Virus record (IMG/VR): IMGVR_UViG_2816332137_000001
Coordinates: 3,602 to 67,601 of that record
Reading direction: 5' to 3' (one strand)
DNA: 64,000 nucleotides
Origin: a virus
Lineage: Duplodnaviria > Caudoviricetes
In this document: positions 9,259 to 18,648 of the stretch, piece after piece
Numbering within the stretch: position 1 is the stretch's first letter
How the letters are laid out: each line of letters starts with the position of its first letter
The notes under the pieces: generated by a model
What the model saw: only the letters and a program-made list of their open reading frames with translations
Told to the model about the DNA's origin: nothing
Databases searched by the model: none
Translations under genes and position numbers: made by a program

Positions 9259-10053
9259 TTAGACTCCTTCTACTATATTGGACAACTCTTTATATGCTAC
9301 CGCAACGTTAGAATCAGGAGCGAATAAACCTACGGGAGTTTTTTGGCGCTGACTTTCAATTACTTTTACAGAGTCCGGAACTTTCACGGTTAGAAATTTT
9401 TCTTTGTACTCTTCTTCTAATTCATCGAGTAGAGCGCGTACAGCATTGGACCCGCCCTTTTGAAATGAAGTAACAAACACGCCTAGAAGTTGTAAATCGG
9501 GATTGTTACCACTTTCTTTTATCATCTGAGCAACTTCATGAATCGTGCGCATCCCTTTTTGTGAGTACACGCTTAAATCTGTAGGAACCAAATAATAATC
9601 AGCCGCAACAAGAGCATTAATAGTTAGAACATTCATTAATGGAGATAAATCAATTAAAATATAATCAAAATTATCTTTTATTTTTGCAAGTATACTTTTT
9701 AAAATATGTTCTTTATTCAGTCGGCTGTGCAAGTGATCACTGATAGTTGCGAGTCTACAATCAGAAGGAAGTACAAGCGTATTTTGCCATGCTTCAATGG
9801 CTGGTTTAATTATTTCATCCAATTGAACCTTATTTTTAACATCTAAAAAAGCATCAAAAATAGTTTTAGTTTCCTCGTCTGTTACTTCACTCATACTCTT
9901 ACCTAAAAGCATTTTGCTTGCATTTTCCTGTGAGTCTAAATCAACAACGAGCACGCTTTTACCAGAATTTCCAAGTTGGTACGCGAGTTCAATTATAGTT
10001 GTAGTCTTTCCTACACCGCCCTTTTCGTTCACGATTGCAATTGTTCTTGTCAT
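9259..10053 (-). CDS. parA: ParA/Soj family partition ATPase
   Basis: Deviant Walker A NEKGGVGKTT, VVDLDSQ, ILIDLSP Walker B. Confidence 0.95.
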   Translation of the reverse strand: MTRTIAIVNEKGGVGKTTTIIELAYQLGNSGKSVLVVDLDSQENASKMLLGKSMSEVTDEETKTIFDAFLDVKNKVQLDEIIKPAIEAWQNTLVLPSDCRLATISDHLHSRLNKEHILKSILAKIKDNFDYILIDLSPLMNVLTINALVAADYYLVPTDLSVYSQKGMRTIHEVAQMIKESGNNPDLQLLGVFVTSFQKGGSNAVRALLDELEEEYKEKFLTVKVPDSVKVIESQRQKTPVGLFAPDSNVAVAYKELSNIVEGV

Positions 10054-10206
10054 GGTGTTTTACCTCCATAATTATATTACTCTCATAAAATATTTTGTTA
10101 ACTTAGTTTGATTAAATTTTTGGCAGTGAGATTTTTAGAATTGTAGAACGTTCGTTTTTATGAATGTTCGTGCGTACGAATTTGTGAAACACTTTTATAT
10201 TTGTTT

Positions 10207-11616
10207 TTACAAAAGAGCTTTTAATCTCTCTAATCCGTCATTACTTAATTGTATTACTGCTAAAGCGGTGCAATCAAACTGATCATCATATTTAGCTTTT
10301 GGAAATTTACTCATTTCACTCACATATTCAGGAACCCAAGGGAACAATTTAGGGTTCGGTAAATAAATATTTCCAGCTTGTTGCAAAGGTTGAACAACTA
10401 AACCTCTGTTGAATTTTTCGGTTTTAGGATTGAATGGAATTAAGCCTGAAATTTTATTTTTTAGCATTGAAATAACAGCACTACCATTTGCTTTATCTTC
10501 TATATATTTAGCATGTGCTAACGGATATTTATTTGATAATAATTTTACTTGTTCTATTTGTTGTGGGAAGTCCCAATGACCACGAACTTGATCCAATAAA
10601 TAAAGGTTAACACCTTTTTTGCCCCAAACTTGCCCGACTGTAAAATCATTATCCTCTGAGCCTTTGAAAGAAAAATCCCAAGTTTGAATAATGCGGTCGT
10701 AAAAAGTAAATGGTTGATCGTAGTAACGCCAATCTTCTCTTTTAAACAAAGTACCACTAGCAGGCAATGGGTCCTGTTGATATTGAGCGTTCCAATTATA
10801 ATCGCCAATTGTCTCTTTAATGTCCTGAAGCGCTTCTAAGTCATAAAGCTCAGGAAATAAAGCCTCTCCTCTTTTTCTGTTTATTTCGTTTTCTGTTGCT
10901 ATAGCTGGATAGCAAACAACTTGCCATTTATGAGGTTCTGTTCTTAATAAATAACCGCTCAAATCATCTTCATGCCAACGGGTTTGGATTATTAAAATTC
11001 CAGCACCTTTGTAGCGTCTAGTATAAACTGTGGATTTGTACCAGTTAATTACTTTATTACGCATTGTATCGGAGAGGGCTTCTTGTCCATTTTTATGAGG
11101 GTCATCAATAGAGATAATATGACCGCCTTTTCCAGTAATTCCAGAATCCACACTACCAGCAATGAATGAACCGCCGTAAGTTGTTTTCCATTTTTGCAAT
11201 GACTTACAATCTTTTTTTAAATCAAATTTTGGAAATATTTCTTTGATCCAATCTTCTTTGATTAAGTCCCTGCATTTTCCTGAAAATTCTTCTGAAAGTG
11301 TTTGACCATATGAAGTAGAAATATATTCGCCTTTAGGATACTTACCCAAAAACCATGCAGGAAATCTTTCACTAAAATGAAATGATTTTCCATGTCGTGG
11401 TGGCATGAACATCATTAATCGAGGGGATTTTTTATCAATAACATCTTGAGCAAATTTCTCTAATCTTCTGCATATATCAACATGTACCCAACCAGGAATA
11501 TAATCTGAAAAACTTTTTTGACAGAAGTTTAAAAAATCATCCTGTTCATTTTTACGTTTCTTTATTTGATTGAGTAATTCAAGAATTTTAATTTTTTCTT
11601 GAATACTACTTGTCAT
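10207..11616 (-). CDS. terL: Terminase large subunit
   Basis: Walker A MPPRHGKS, Walker B IISIDD, QTRWHEDD, YQQDP, RNase H-like nuclease with TWD..FK and DDQFD. Confidence 0.95.
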   Translation of the reverse strand: MTSSIQEKIKILELLNQIKKRKNEQDDFLNFCQKSFSDYIPGWVHVDICRRLEKFAQDVIDKKSPRLMMFMPPRHGKSFHFSERFPAWFLGKYPKGEYISTSYGQTLSEEFSGKCRDLIKEDWIKEIFPKFDLKKDCKSLQKWKTTYGGSFIAGSVDSGITGKGGHIISIDDPHKNGQEALSDTMRNKVINWYKSTVYTRRYKGAGILIIQTRWHEDDLSGYLLRTEPHKWQVVCYPAIATENEINRKRGEALFPELYDLEALQDIKETIGDYNWNAQYQQDPLPASGTLFKREDWRYYDQPFTFYDRIIQTWDFSFKGSEDNDFTVGQVWGKKGVNLYLLDQVRGHWDFPQQIEQVKLLSNKYPLAHAKYIEDKANGSAVISMLKNKISGLIPFNPKTEKFNRGLVVQPLQQAGNIYLPNPKLFPWVPEYVSEMSKFPKAKYDDQFDCTALAVIQLSNDGLERLKALL

Positions 11617-12097
11617 TTTTCTCTGCTTTTTGGTGTTCTTTTAAAAGTTTTTCATAATATATATCTAACTCTTCCCTTGTCATTTCTTCTATTGCTTTTG
11701 TATTATTTTGATTATTAGAATTGAATATGTTTATCTGAGAAGAATCACCATAATCATCACGAAACCTTTTACTCATTTGATATTGTATTTGATTACCATT
11801 TCCTTTTGCTGTTACAGCATTATTTAAGGCCAATGTTTCCCAAAATGCTTGGCATGCAGTTTGTGCTATTTCAAACGACTCTTTAAAGTTTTGAATTTCA
11901 TTAATCCAGTTATAAACAGTTTGTTTACTCACTCCGATTTTTGAAGCAAAAAAAGAAAGGCTTTGCCCTTTCTTCATTGAGTCAATTATTTCGTTGTGAT
12001 ATTTATCTTGGAATAATTTTTTTCGGCCTGCGCCCTTAGGATTTTTAATTTGTTTAGATTTATTTGAATTTTTGACAGACGGTATAATTTTCTTCAT
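11606..12097 (-). CDS. terS: Terminase small subunit
   Basis: GAGRK N-terminus, HTH (GVSKQTVYNW); overlaps the terL start. Confidence 0.85.
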   Translation of the reverse strand: MKKIIPSVKNSNKSKQIKNPKGAGRKKLFQDKYHNEIIDSMKKGQSLSFFASKIGVSKQTVYNWINEIQNFKESFEIAQTACQAFWETLALNNAVTAKGNGNQIQYQMSKRFRDDYGDSSQINIFNSNNQNNTKAIEEMTREELDIYYEKLLKEHQKAEKNDK

Positions 12098-12120
12098 TAC
12101 AACTAATCCCCCTTAAAATA

Positions 12121-12150
12121 TTATTAAAAAGAAGATAACGGACTGTCTAA
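12121..12150 (-). promoter_or_regulatory. Late-type promoter motif (TAGACA-GTCCGT...TAATAA) upstream of terS
   Basis: Reverse-complement TTAGACAGTCCGT at 12138-12150; 17-bp spacer. Confidence 0.65.
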
Positions 12151-12158
12151 ATTAAATA

Positions 12159-12593
12159 TTGGAGTTTATTTTTTTGAATCTCATAAAATTTTTTATAATT
12201 TTAATTCTTTTTATAAATAATACATGCTTTCCAAATGAATCAGCTTGCGAAAGATGTGAAAAAGGTTGTAGTACAGGTTTTAATAATAAAAATAATTCAT
12301 TCACCAAAAAAGAACTAATAAATATACTAAATAATAAAAATAAATATAAGATAGTTATTATAGATAAAATTAAAATTAATGAATTTATGATTCTTTCTGA
12401 GAATAGCGAATTAATTAACTGTAACTTAATTAACTGTGATGGACTAAAGCATAAATTTTTAGCTTTAGAAGAAGATTTAAATAATAAATTAAAAACAACT
12501 GATAAATACATAGTAATGGATAAAAATACTAAAAAATATTTTATACTAGGATGTGCATGTTGTGAAAAATGTCCGCAAAAAAAATGTGACTAA
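12159..12593 (+). CDS. Secreted Cys-rich hypothetical protein
   Basis: Signal-like N-terminus; Cys clusters at both ends. Confidence 0.55.
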   Translation: MEFIFLNLIKFFIILILFINNTCFPNESACERCEKGCSTGFNNKNNSFTKKELINILNNKNKYKIVIIDKIKINEFMILSENSELINCNLINCDGLKHKFLALEEDLNNKLKTTDKYIVMDKNTKKYFILGCACCEKCPQKKCD

Positions 12594-13101
12594 ATTATTC
12601 AAAAAACCAAGATATAATAAATATCATAGATGTATATGTAAATATATAAGGGAATATACACCAATTATAATATCTGTTTTATCTCTTTTTTTTGGAATAT
12701 ACTTTTCAATTATAACTAATAACTTTGATAGAACAAAAAAAGTAATTGAAATATCTCCAATTTTACAAAATAATATAGAATCATATAATAAAGAAATTAT
12801 GTATTCTATTATTGAAAATAAGAAAAATAATTGCGTGATTAGCGATACGCAATACGAAACAGTTTTAAAACTAAAATCTTTATTATGGGCATACATAGAA
12901 AGTGCAAAAGTGTTTTCAGCAAGTAAAGAATTATATAGTAAATGTAATGAATCATTTAATACGTCATGGAAATTATTTAATAAATACTATTCAGATTTAA
13001 AAGTAATAGATGAAAATGATTACAATATTTTTGATAAGCTAAATTTGAAAGATAATTGCACAAACTTCAACAAAGATATAATTGAAAATAATGTCAATTG
13101 A
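12553..13101 (+). CDS. Single-pass membrane hypothetical protein
   Basis: One TM segment near the N-terminus. Confidence 0.55.
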   Translation: MHVVKNVRKKNVTKLFKKPRYNKYHRCICKYIREYTPIIISVLSLFFGIYFSIITNNFDRTKKVIEISPILQNNIESYNKEIMYSIIENKKNNCVISDTQYETVLKLKSLLWAYIESAKVFSASKELYSKCNESFNTSWKLFNKYYSDLKVIDENDYNIFDKLNLKDNCTNFNKDIIENNVN

Positions 13102-13756
13102 ACATCTTCCCAGTTTCTTGAATATTTTTATCAATTTGTTTTCTTTGTTGAGCGAGTAGCTCTAAAGCTTTAGGTAAATCATCTATATTATCAACAACAA
13201 TTTGTTTACGCTCTGGAGTATCTGGTGGGTTTTGATGCAAAACAAATTCAGCAACTTTTTCAATTTTTCTATTTGTCTCTTTAAGAGCTATCTTTAATTC
13301 ATCAACTTCAGATTTTAATTTACCAACATCATCCATTGTTGCTACAGTTGATGATGATATTTTTTCTTTATTAATATATGTAGTCAATGACTCACTTGGA
13401 GCAAAATAATTTTTATTATTTATAAATTGATAGTCATTAGGTCTTACGCGCCAATTTAATATTCCACGTTTAATCATTAAATCTCGCCAATCTTCAAACT
13501 TTTCTTTTTTATCTAAAATTCCAGCTAGTTCTAAATCATGCTTAAATATCAAGACAAATTCACCGTCTCTTTTTTCAAGAGGTGAATTTACATAAGTGTC
13601 AAGTAAAAATGTTGCAACTTTTCCTGAGTTTTCAATCTTTTTTCTCTTTAGATACATCAATAAATTTTGATATGTTTTAAATTTTCTATCCTTTTTTTCT
13701 TTTTTGTTGCTATTTTTAGAACTCAACTCTTCAGATTCAAAAATTTGTTCATCCAT
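13094..13756 (-). CDS. Putative DNA-binding/replication protein next to the repeat array (wHTH-like N-terminus, coiled-coil C-terminus)
   Basis: Start chosen at MDEQIF; lies immediately beside the GTTAGCAC array; function inferred from position only. Confidence 0.5.
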   Translation of the reverse strand: MDEQIFESEELSSKNSNKKEKKDRKFKTYQNLLMYLKRKKIENSGKVATFLLDTYVNSPLEKRDGEFVLIFKHDLELAGILDKKEKFEDWRDLMIKRGILNWRVRPNDYQFINNKNYFAPSESLTTYINKEKISSSTVATMDDVGKLKSEVDELKIALKETNRKIEKVAEFVLHQNPPDTPERKQIVVDNIDDLPKALELLAQQRKQIDKNIQETGKMFN

Positions 13757-13868
13757 AAAATTCCAACCTTTCAATCCCTGTTAGTTGTTTATTTACTGTG
13801 TAATTATTGCATTATGACAATTTTATGTCAAATGTTAGCAGTATAGTCTCTGACTATCAACTAACTAC

Positions 13869-14044
13869 GTTAGCACTTTGTGCTAACGCTAAAAAAAGCG
13901 GTGCTAACGCGGTGCTAACTGTAAAGTAACAGTTTGTTAGCACCGCGTTAGCACTAAACAATATAACTTATTAAAATACCAAGAAATACTAGTTTATAAG
14001 TATGTTAGCACCGCGTTAGCACTGCGTTAGCACCGCGTTAGCAC
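13869..14044. repeat. Iteron/centromere-like array: 10 copies of GTTAGCAC, with an 11-bp period (GTTAGCACCGC) where tandem
   Basis: Forward copies at 13869, 13936, 13947, 14004, 14015, 14026, 14037; inverted at 13880, 13901, 13912; perfect 19-bp inverted repeat 13901-13919/13936-13954. Confidence 0.9.
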
Positions 14045-14351
14045 AAAGCAGAAGTTTTTCTCTCGTATGTATGAAATCTCAGCAATAGTATGTATGTATG
14101 TTATACTATGCTCGATCTTTCTTGCCAAAATAAAAAGCATACGATCTCGACGTTTTAAAACCAAAGGCAAAATCTGCGCAGCTTGTGACGGCTCTTTGAT
14201 TTTCTTAATATCTGTAAATTCATAGCCGCCACATAACTTGCATTTGCTTCGCAAATTGCAAGTTCATTGAAAAAAATAAAATTATTTCTTGTTGTTATTA
14301 AATAGAATAAAAGCTATTATTGTAGATATTAATTTGAAAATAAGGTTAAAA

Positions 14352-14702
14352 ATGTTTACATATCTCATTACAATATTTCTACTTTGTGCAAGCTCATCTA
14401 TCATGATTGTTGCATGGTATGGACATCTCAAATTTGTGAATAGTCCACTGTGGATTGTTATTTTAATCTCTTGGGGAATTGCATTTTTTGAGTATTTATT
14501 ACAAGTTCCAGCTAATAGAATTGGTCATAAAGTTATGTCTGCCGCACAATTAAGAATTATTGCTGAAATGTTCACATTATGTGCATTTTTCTTCTTTTCA
14601 ACTTTTTATTTAAAAGAAAAGTTTACATTAAATTATTTTTTAAGTTTCCTTTGTATTTTTGCCGCTGTCTATTTTGCTTTTTTTGGACCATTTAAAAATT
14701 GA
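14352..14702 (+). CDS. DMT family small membrane protein (DUF486/DMT_6-like)
   Basis: AWYGHLK and SWGIAFFEY.LQVPANRIG signature. Confidence 0.85.
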   Translation: MFTYLITIFLLCASSSIMIVAWYGHLKFVNSPLWIVILISWGIAFFEYLLQVPANRIGHKVMSAAQLRIIAEMFTLCAFFFFSTFYLKEKFTLNYFLSFLCIFAAVYFAFFGPFKN

Positions 14703-14850
14703 TGAGATTTTTAAATCTGGGTAAAACTTTCCCGTTACCTTTGAAGCCTATAAATTAATTTTAAAGCTATGAATTCAATTTTTAGATACTAACTGTCATG
14801 AGAAAATTTTTAGGTACCTTAAAACGCTTTAAAATGATTTTGTTTATTTA

Positions 14851-15297
14851 TTATGCAATTTTCTTTTTTTGGATATTTAAATGCCACTCAAAACCCATTG
14901 CATCAAGAATTTCAGAAAATTTTGTTAGCGAAGGTTCTCGCTTTCCTTCTTCGTATTGAGAATAAGAAGTTCTTTCGCAACAAAGATCAATCGCAACTTT
15001 AGCCTGTGATAGTCTTTCAGACTCACGAATATTTTTAAATATTAAAGAAGTAACATGTTTTGAATTGAAAAATTTAACTGTGAATTTATTATTAGAAATT
15101 ATTTCGATTTTAAAATCATCATCTGAAGCTTCACCTTTAGAAATTCCCTTTAAAAGCTGCAAAAGTCTTTTATTCAATCTTAAAAATAGATCTTCCTCTG
15201 TTTTTCCGAGCTCGATTAAATCAATAAGCTGAATCTTAGCGCTCCATACCTCGCTACCAAATCCAAAGCTTCCTTCTAAATTCATCTTTACCTCCAA
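14851..15297 (-). CDS. XRE-family HTH regulator (C-terminal HTH)
   Basis: IRESERLSQAKVA...SYSQYEEGKREPSL. Confidence 0.8.
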   Translation of the reverse strand: MEVKMNLEGSFGFGSEVWSAKIQLIDLIELGKTEEDLFLRLNKRLLQLLKGISKGEASDDDFKIEIISNNKFTVKFFNSKHVTSLIFKNIRESERLSQAKVAIDLCCERTSYSQYEEGKREPSLTKFSEILDAMGFEWHLNIQKKKIA

Positions 15298-15311
15298 TTC
15301 TAATTTTTTTA

Positions 15312-15327
15312 GCAGTCAATTGACGGC
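15312..15327. promoter_or_regulatory. Palindromic operator-like site GCAGTCAATTGACGGC
   Basis: Between divergent genes; recurs at 62749, 63492 and 63764. Confidence 0.6.
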
Positions 15328-15398
15328 AAAGCAAATTAAAATTTTTTAAAATGGAAATTGATTTAAATTTTTGCAATTATGATTTCACGAGGTGAAAA

Positions 15399-15677
15399 AT
15401 GGATGATCAAATTTTAGTAACAGAATCAGAAATTGAAAATGTAAAAAAAGAATTTGAAGGATATGTAAATAAAATAGCAGAGGTAAGTAATTATTTAAAT
15501 AACGAATTGGAAGCCTCTTTTGTTTTACTCTCAGCAGCAAGAAAAAATATTGATTTAATTAAAGCAAAATATGAACTTGATTTTCCTATAGCATCAGAAG
15601 TATATAGGAATTTGTCATTACAGGTAATTGATTTTGAAAATGAGATTGCAGCCCATCTAAGCGTAGGAAAAAAATAA
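15399..15677 (+). CDS. Helical hypothetical protein
   Basis: GAGGTG RBS. Confidence 0.6.
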   Translation: MDDQILVTESEIENVKKEFEGYVNKIAEVSNYLNNELEASFVLLSAARKNIDLIKAKYELDFPIASEVYRNLSLQVIDFENEIAAHLSVGKK

Positions 15678-15720
15678 AGTATTTTTTAAATTATTACCGT
15701 GCATATTTGGAGTTATTCGT

Positions 15721-16311
15721 ATGTGTAATAATTTTGATAATATAGAGAATCAAGCAAGGATAAATTTAAAAGGAAGAATTGATATAACAAAAAGGGCTAG
15801 AATGATTGCTGAAAAGAGATTGAAATTTTATTCTTTTTGGTTAAATTTTGGAGTTGGTTTTATTTCTATAATGAATATATTTATAACTATATTTATGTTA
15901 ATTTATAAGAAAGACGTTCATTCTAATGATGTTTTAAATTTAGCTGTTATTTTTTATTCTTTATTATTAATTATTGTATCTTTAATAATATGGAATAGTA
16001 ATTTTGAAGTTAGATCAGAGAATTTTAGAAAATGCTATTTAAAATTAGATAAATTGATGAGAATTGATTTTGAAGAAAAAAGTTTAAATGATATTGAAAA
16101 AAAATATCATTTAATTTTAGAAAATTTTGATAATCATCATGATTTAGATAATATAAAAGCAAGAATTTTATTTAATAGAAATTCAAATAATATTCCATTT
16201 AGCCTTAATATATATGATAAAATATATTACTACTCTTTAAAAATAATAACATATTTATTATATGTTTTTATATTAATAAGCCCTTTAATAATAATTTATA
16301 TATTCAGATAA
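15721..16311 (+). CDS. SLATT-domain two-TM protein (SLATT_5-like)
   Basis: ITKRARMIAEKRL, two TM helices, R.E.FR.CY..L..L, NH...D. Confidence 0.75.
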   Translation: MCNNFDNIENQARINLKGRIDITKRARMIAEKRLKFYSFWLNFGVGFISIMNIFITIFMLIYKKDVHSNDVLNLAVIFYSLLLIIVSLIIWNSNFEVRSENFRKCYLKLDKLMRIDFEEKSLNDIEKKYHLILENFDNHHDLDNIKARILFNRNSNNIPFSLNIYDKIYYYSLKIITYLLYVFILISPLIIIYIFR

Positions 16312-16316
16312 TACTT

Positions 16317-16346
16317 TTAGACAGTCCGTATCTATCCTCTTAACTT
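16317..16346 (+). promoter_or_regulatory. Late-type promoter motif upstream of the portal gene
   Basis: TAGACA-gtccgt...-17bp-TAACTT. Confidence 0.7.
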
Positions 16347-16363
16347 ATCTCTAGGGGGGATTT

Positions 16364-17734
16364 ATGAAAAAAGCTCTAGTTAAAGCTCAAACAAAAAATA
16401 AACAAACAATTACAAATTTAGATGGCTGGCAAGATGTTAAAAGAGGTTTAAATTCTTTTAAAGATAAAAGAACTTCAATTATGTTAACTGATTTCTCAGT
16501 TAGTAAATCTTATTCTGATATACTTTATAAAACAGATAGCCTTGCAAAAAAAATAGTGAACGAACCAGTTGAGGATTCTTTAAGAGAAGGCTTTAATTTT
16601 GTTTTAAAAAGAAAAAAAGAATCTGAAAAACTAAACCATGAATTTAAACGCTTGCTTTTAAGAAATAAAATTGAGACCGCTTGGAAAGATGCAAGAAAAT
16701 ATGGTGGATCAGTTCTCTTGTTTGGATTTGAAGATGGGCTTACATTAGTTGATGAATTAGAAATAGATAGAATAAAAGGTATAAAGTGGATACTTCCTTT
16801 TAATAAACATCAAATACAGGCAGAAGGAATTGATGAGAATTTAGAGTCATCAAACTTTGGTAGACCTTTGTTTTATAAATTTAATTATTCAAATAATTTT
16901 AAAGAAAAAAACAACACAGTTGAAAAATTTCACGCCTCAAGATGTATTGTTTTTGATGGAGATATTTTAGATTATGAGAGTTTTAAAAGTAAAGGGTTTT
17001 TTCATGAAAGCATTCTAACTTCAATTTATCCAGCTCTAAAAAACTATAATATTGCGCATGAAAGTATTGCGGCCGCTTTTCCTGAAATATGGCAAGGGAT
17101 TTATAAAATTCCGTCATTTATGGACGCAATAGCTTCTAGTAATGAAGAATTAGTTAAAAAAAGAATTGAAGTCATGGATGATATGCGTTCAAATTTTCGG
17201 GCATTAGTTTTAGGAGAAGGTGAAGATTTTGATAGGAAAGCTTTATCATTCGCTGGAATTCCTGAACTATTAAATAAAGTGACAGAAAGACTTGTTGCTG
17301 TAGCAAAAATGCCTCACACAAAATTATTAGGTGAAGGCAGCCAAGGAAACACTAGCGGACGCACAGAACAAACAGAATGGTACGATATTGTATCTCACAT
17401 TCAAGAACAATATCTACAACCTAAATTGGAAACTATTGGCGAATTCTTAAAACAGTATTTATGCCAAGATAAAGAGCAGGAAATCCAGATTGAATTCAAT
17501 TCTCTTTATCAGCAAGACCCACTTAAAGAAGCAGATGTTTATCTTAAATATGCGCAAGCTGACAATCTTTATATTACTAATCAGACTATAGATCCCCATG
17601 AAGTAGCACAATCTAGGTTTAGTGGACTTAAATTTGGAAATAGAATTATTCTTGATAAGAAGATAAGAAAAGCAAATAAATTAACTTCTGAGATTCCAGA
17701 AGACAAAGAAAACAACGAGTCAGAAAATGAATAG
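16364..17734 (+). CDS. Portal protein (DUF1073 type)
   Basis: LAKKIV..P.ED..REG, ARKYGG, FH.SR...FDG, P.TKLLG; heads the head module. Confidence 0.9.
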   Translation: MKKALVKAQTKNKQTITNLDGWQDVKRGLNSFKDKRTSIMLTDFSVSKSYSDILYKTDSLAKKIVNEPVEDSLREGFNFVLKRKKESEKLNHEFKRLLLRNKIETAWKDARKYGGSVLLFGFEDGLTLVDELEIDRIKGIKWILPFNKHQIQAEGIDENLESSNFGRPLFYKFNYSNNFKEKNNTVEKFHASRCIVFDGDILDYESFKSKGFFHESILTSIYPALKNYNIAHESIAAAFPEIWQGIYKIPSFMDAIASSNEELVKKRIEVMDDMRSNFRALVLGEGEDFDRKALSFAGIPELLNKVTERLVAVAKMPHTKLLGEGSQGNTSGRTEQTEWYDIVSHIQEQYLQPKLETIGEFLKQYLCQDKEQEIQIEFNSLYQQDPLKEADVYLKYAQADNLYITNQTIDPHEVAQSRFSGLKFGNRIILDKKIRKANKLTSEIPEDKENNESENE

Positions 17735-18572
17735 CATTCAATTTATTGAATATGCTCTTTTAAATTCAAAACCAAATTTAAAAGTCAGAATTCAAGCTGA
17801 GCCACCAATATCTTTAGAACGTCAATTTCAAAATGAAATTTTAAATTTAGCAAAGCCGTTTTTTAAAAAATTTAGAAGTGATTTACTTTTAAAATATGAC
17901 ATTTGGAATGATAAATATTCTTTAAATTTAGATTCAGAAGATAATGAAGAAGATAAGAGTGATATAGAGATTTTTTTTAATAATATTTTGAAAGGTATCG
18001 GAATTTATTTCAGTTATAAAATCTTAAAATCTTTAATTAGTAAATTTTCTCAAAAAATATTAATTTATTCTAAAACTAAGTTATCAAATCAAATGGAAAA
18101 AATATTTAAATTAAAACCATTTTATAGTCAAGAAAATTTAAAAATATCAATTAATTTATGGGTTGAGAAAAACATCACAAAATTGAATAGTAATTTAATT
18201 CAATGTGTTCAAAACAGTAAAATATCTATTTATTCAATGTTTGAAAAGGAAGAAAAAGGAAAAGAATTTTTTAAAAAACAAGTGATTGAAAATCAATTAA
18301 AATTTGAATCTTCAATTGCTTTTTTTGCCCGTGATCAAGTTTCAGGTCTTGATGGGCTTTTAACAAAAATTTTGCATGCAGAAATTGGGATGGATAATTT
18401 TATTTGGTCTACATGCAGAGACGATAAGGTAAGACCTACTCACAGAGCATTAGAAGGTAAGCTATGTTCTTGGTCTAACCTTCCGAAATTAAACGGTATT
18501 TCTGTCTTTCCAGGCTCTGAAAATTGTTGTAGATGTGTAGCTCGCCCAATAGTAAGTCATAAATTAATTTAG
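17727..18572 (+). CDS. Head morphogenesis protein (Mu gpF/SPP1 gp7-like)
   Basis: FARDQ, W.T.RDDKVRP.H..L.GK, PG....CRC. Confidence 0.9.
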   Translation: MNSIQFIEYALLNSKPNLKVRIQAEPPISLERQFQNEILNLAKPFFKKFRSDLLLKYDIWNDKYSLNLDSEDNEEDKSDIEIFFNNILKGIGIYFSYKILKSLISKFSQKILIYSKTKLSNQMEKIFKLKPFYSQENLKISINLWVEKNITKLNSNLIQCVQNSKISIYSMFEKEEKGKEFFKKQVIENQLKFESSIAFFARDQVSGLDGLLTKILHAEIGMDNFIWSTCRDDKVRPTHRALEGKLCSWSNLPKLNGISVFPGSENCCRCVARPIVSHKLI

Positions 18573-18598
18573 ACAGTCCGTTCTCCTCTGAATAATTT
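18569..18598 (+). promoter_or_regulatory. Late-type promoter motif overlapping the stop codon of the head morphogenesis gene
   Basis: TAGACA-gtccgt...-17bp-TAATTT. Confidence 0.7.
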
Positions 18599-18648
18599 TT
18601 AAATGATCTGAAGAAATTATTCTTTGATCATTTGGAGAATTTTATTTA

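Noticed and set aside
13869-14044. CRISPR array or hairpin-telomere site
   Set aside because: Units are 8-11 bp with no unique spacers. There is no long perfect palindrome, and no cas or protelomerase gene in the window.
14027-14254. 75-aa minus-strand ORF
   Set aside because: No clear RBS, it runs into the repeat array, and it has no recognisable motif; probably spurious.
16364-17734. Anti-CBASS Acb1 label sometimes attached to DUF1073 proteins
   Set aside because: Position, size and motifs fit a portal; no paired HxT/S 2H-phosphoesterase domain is seen.
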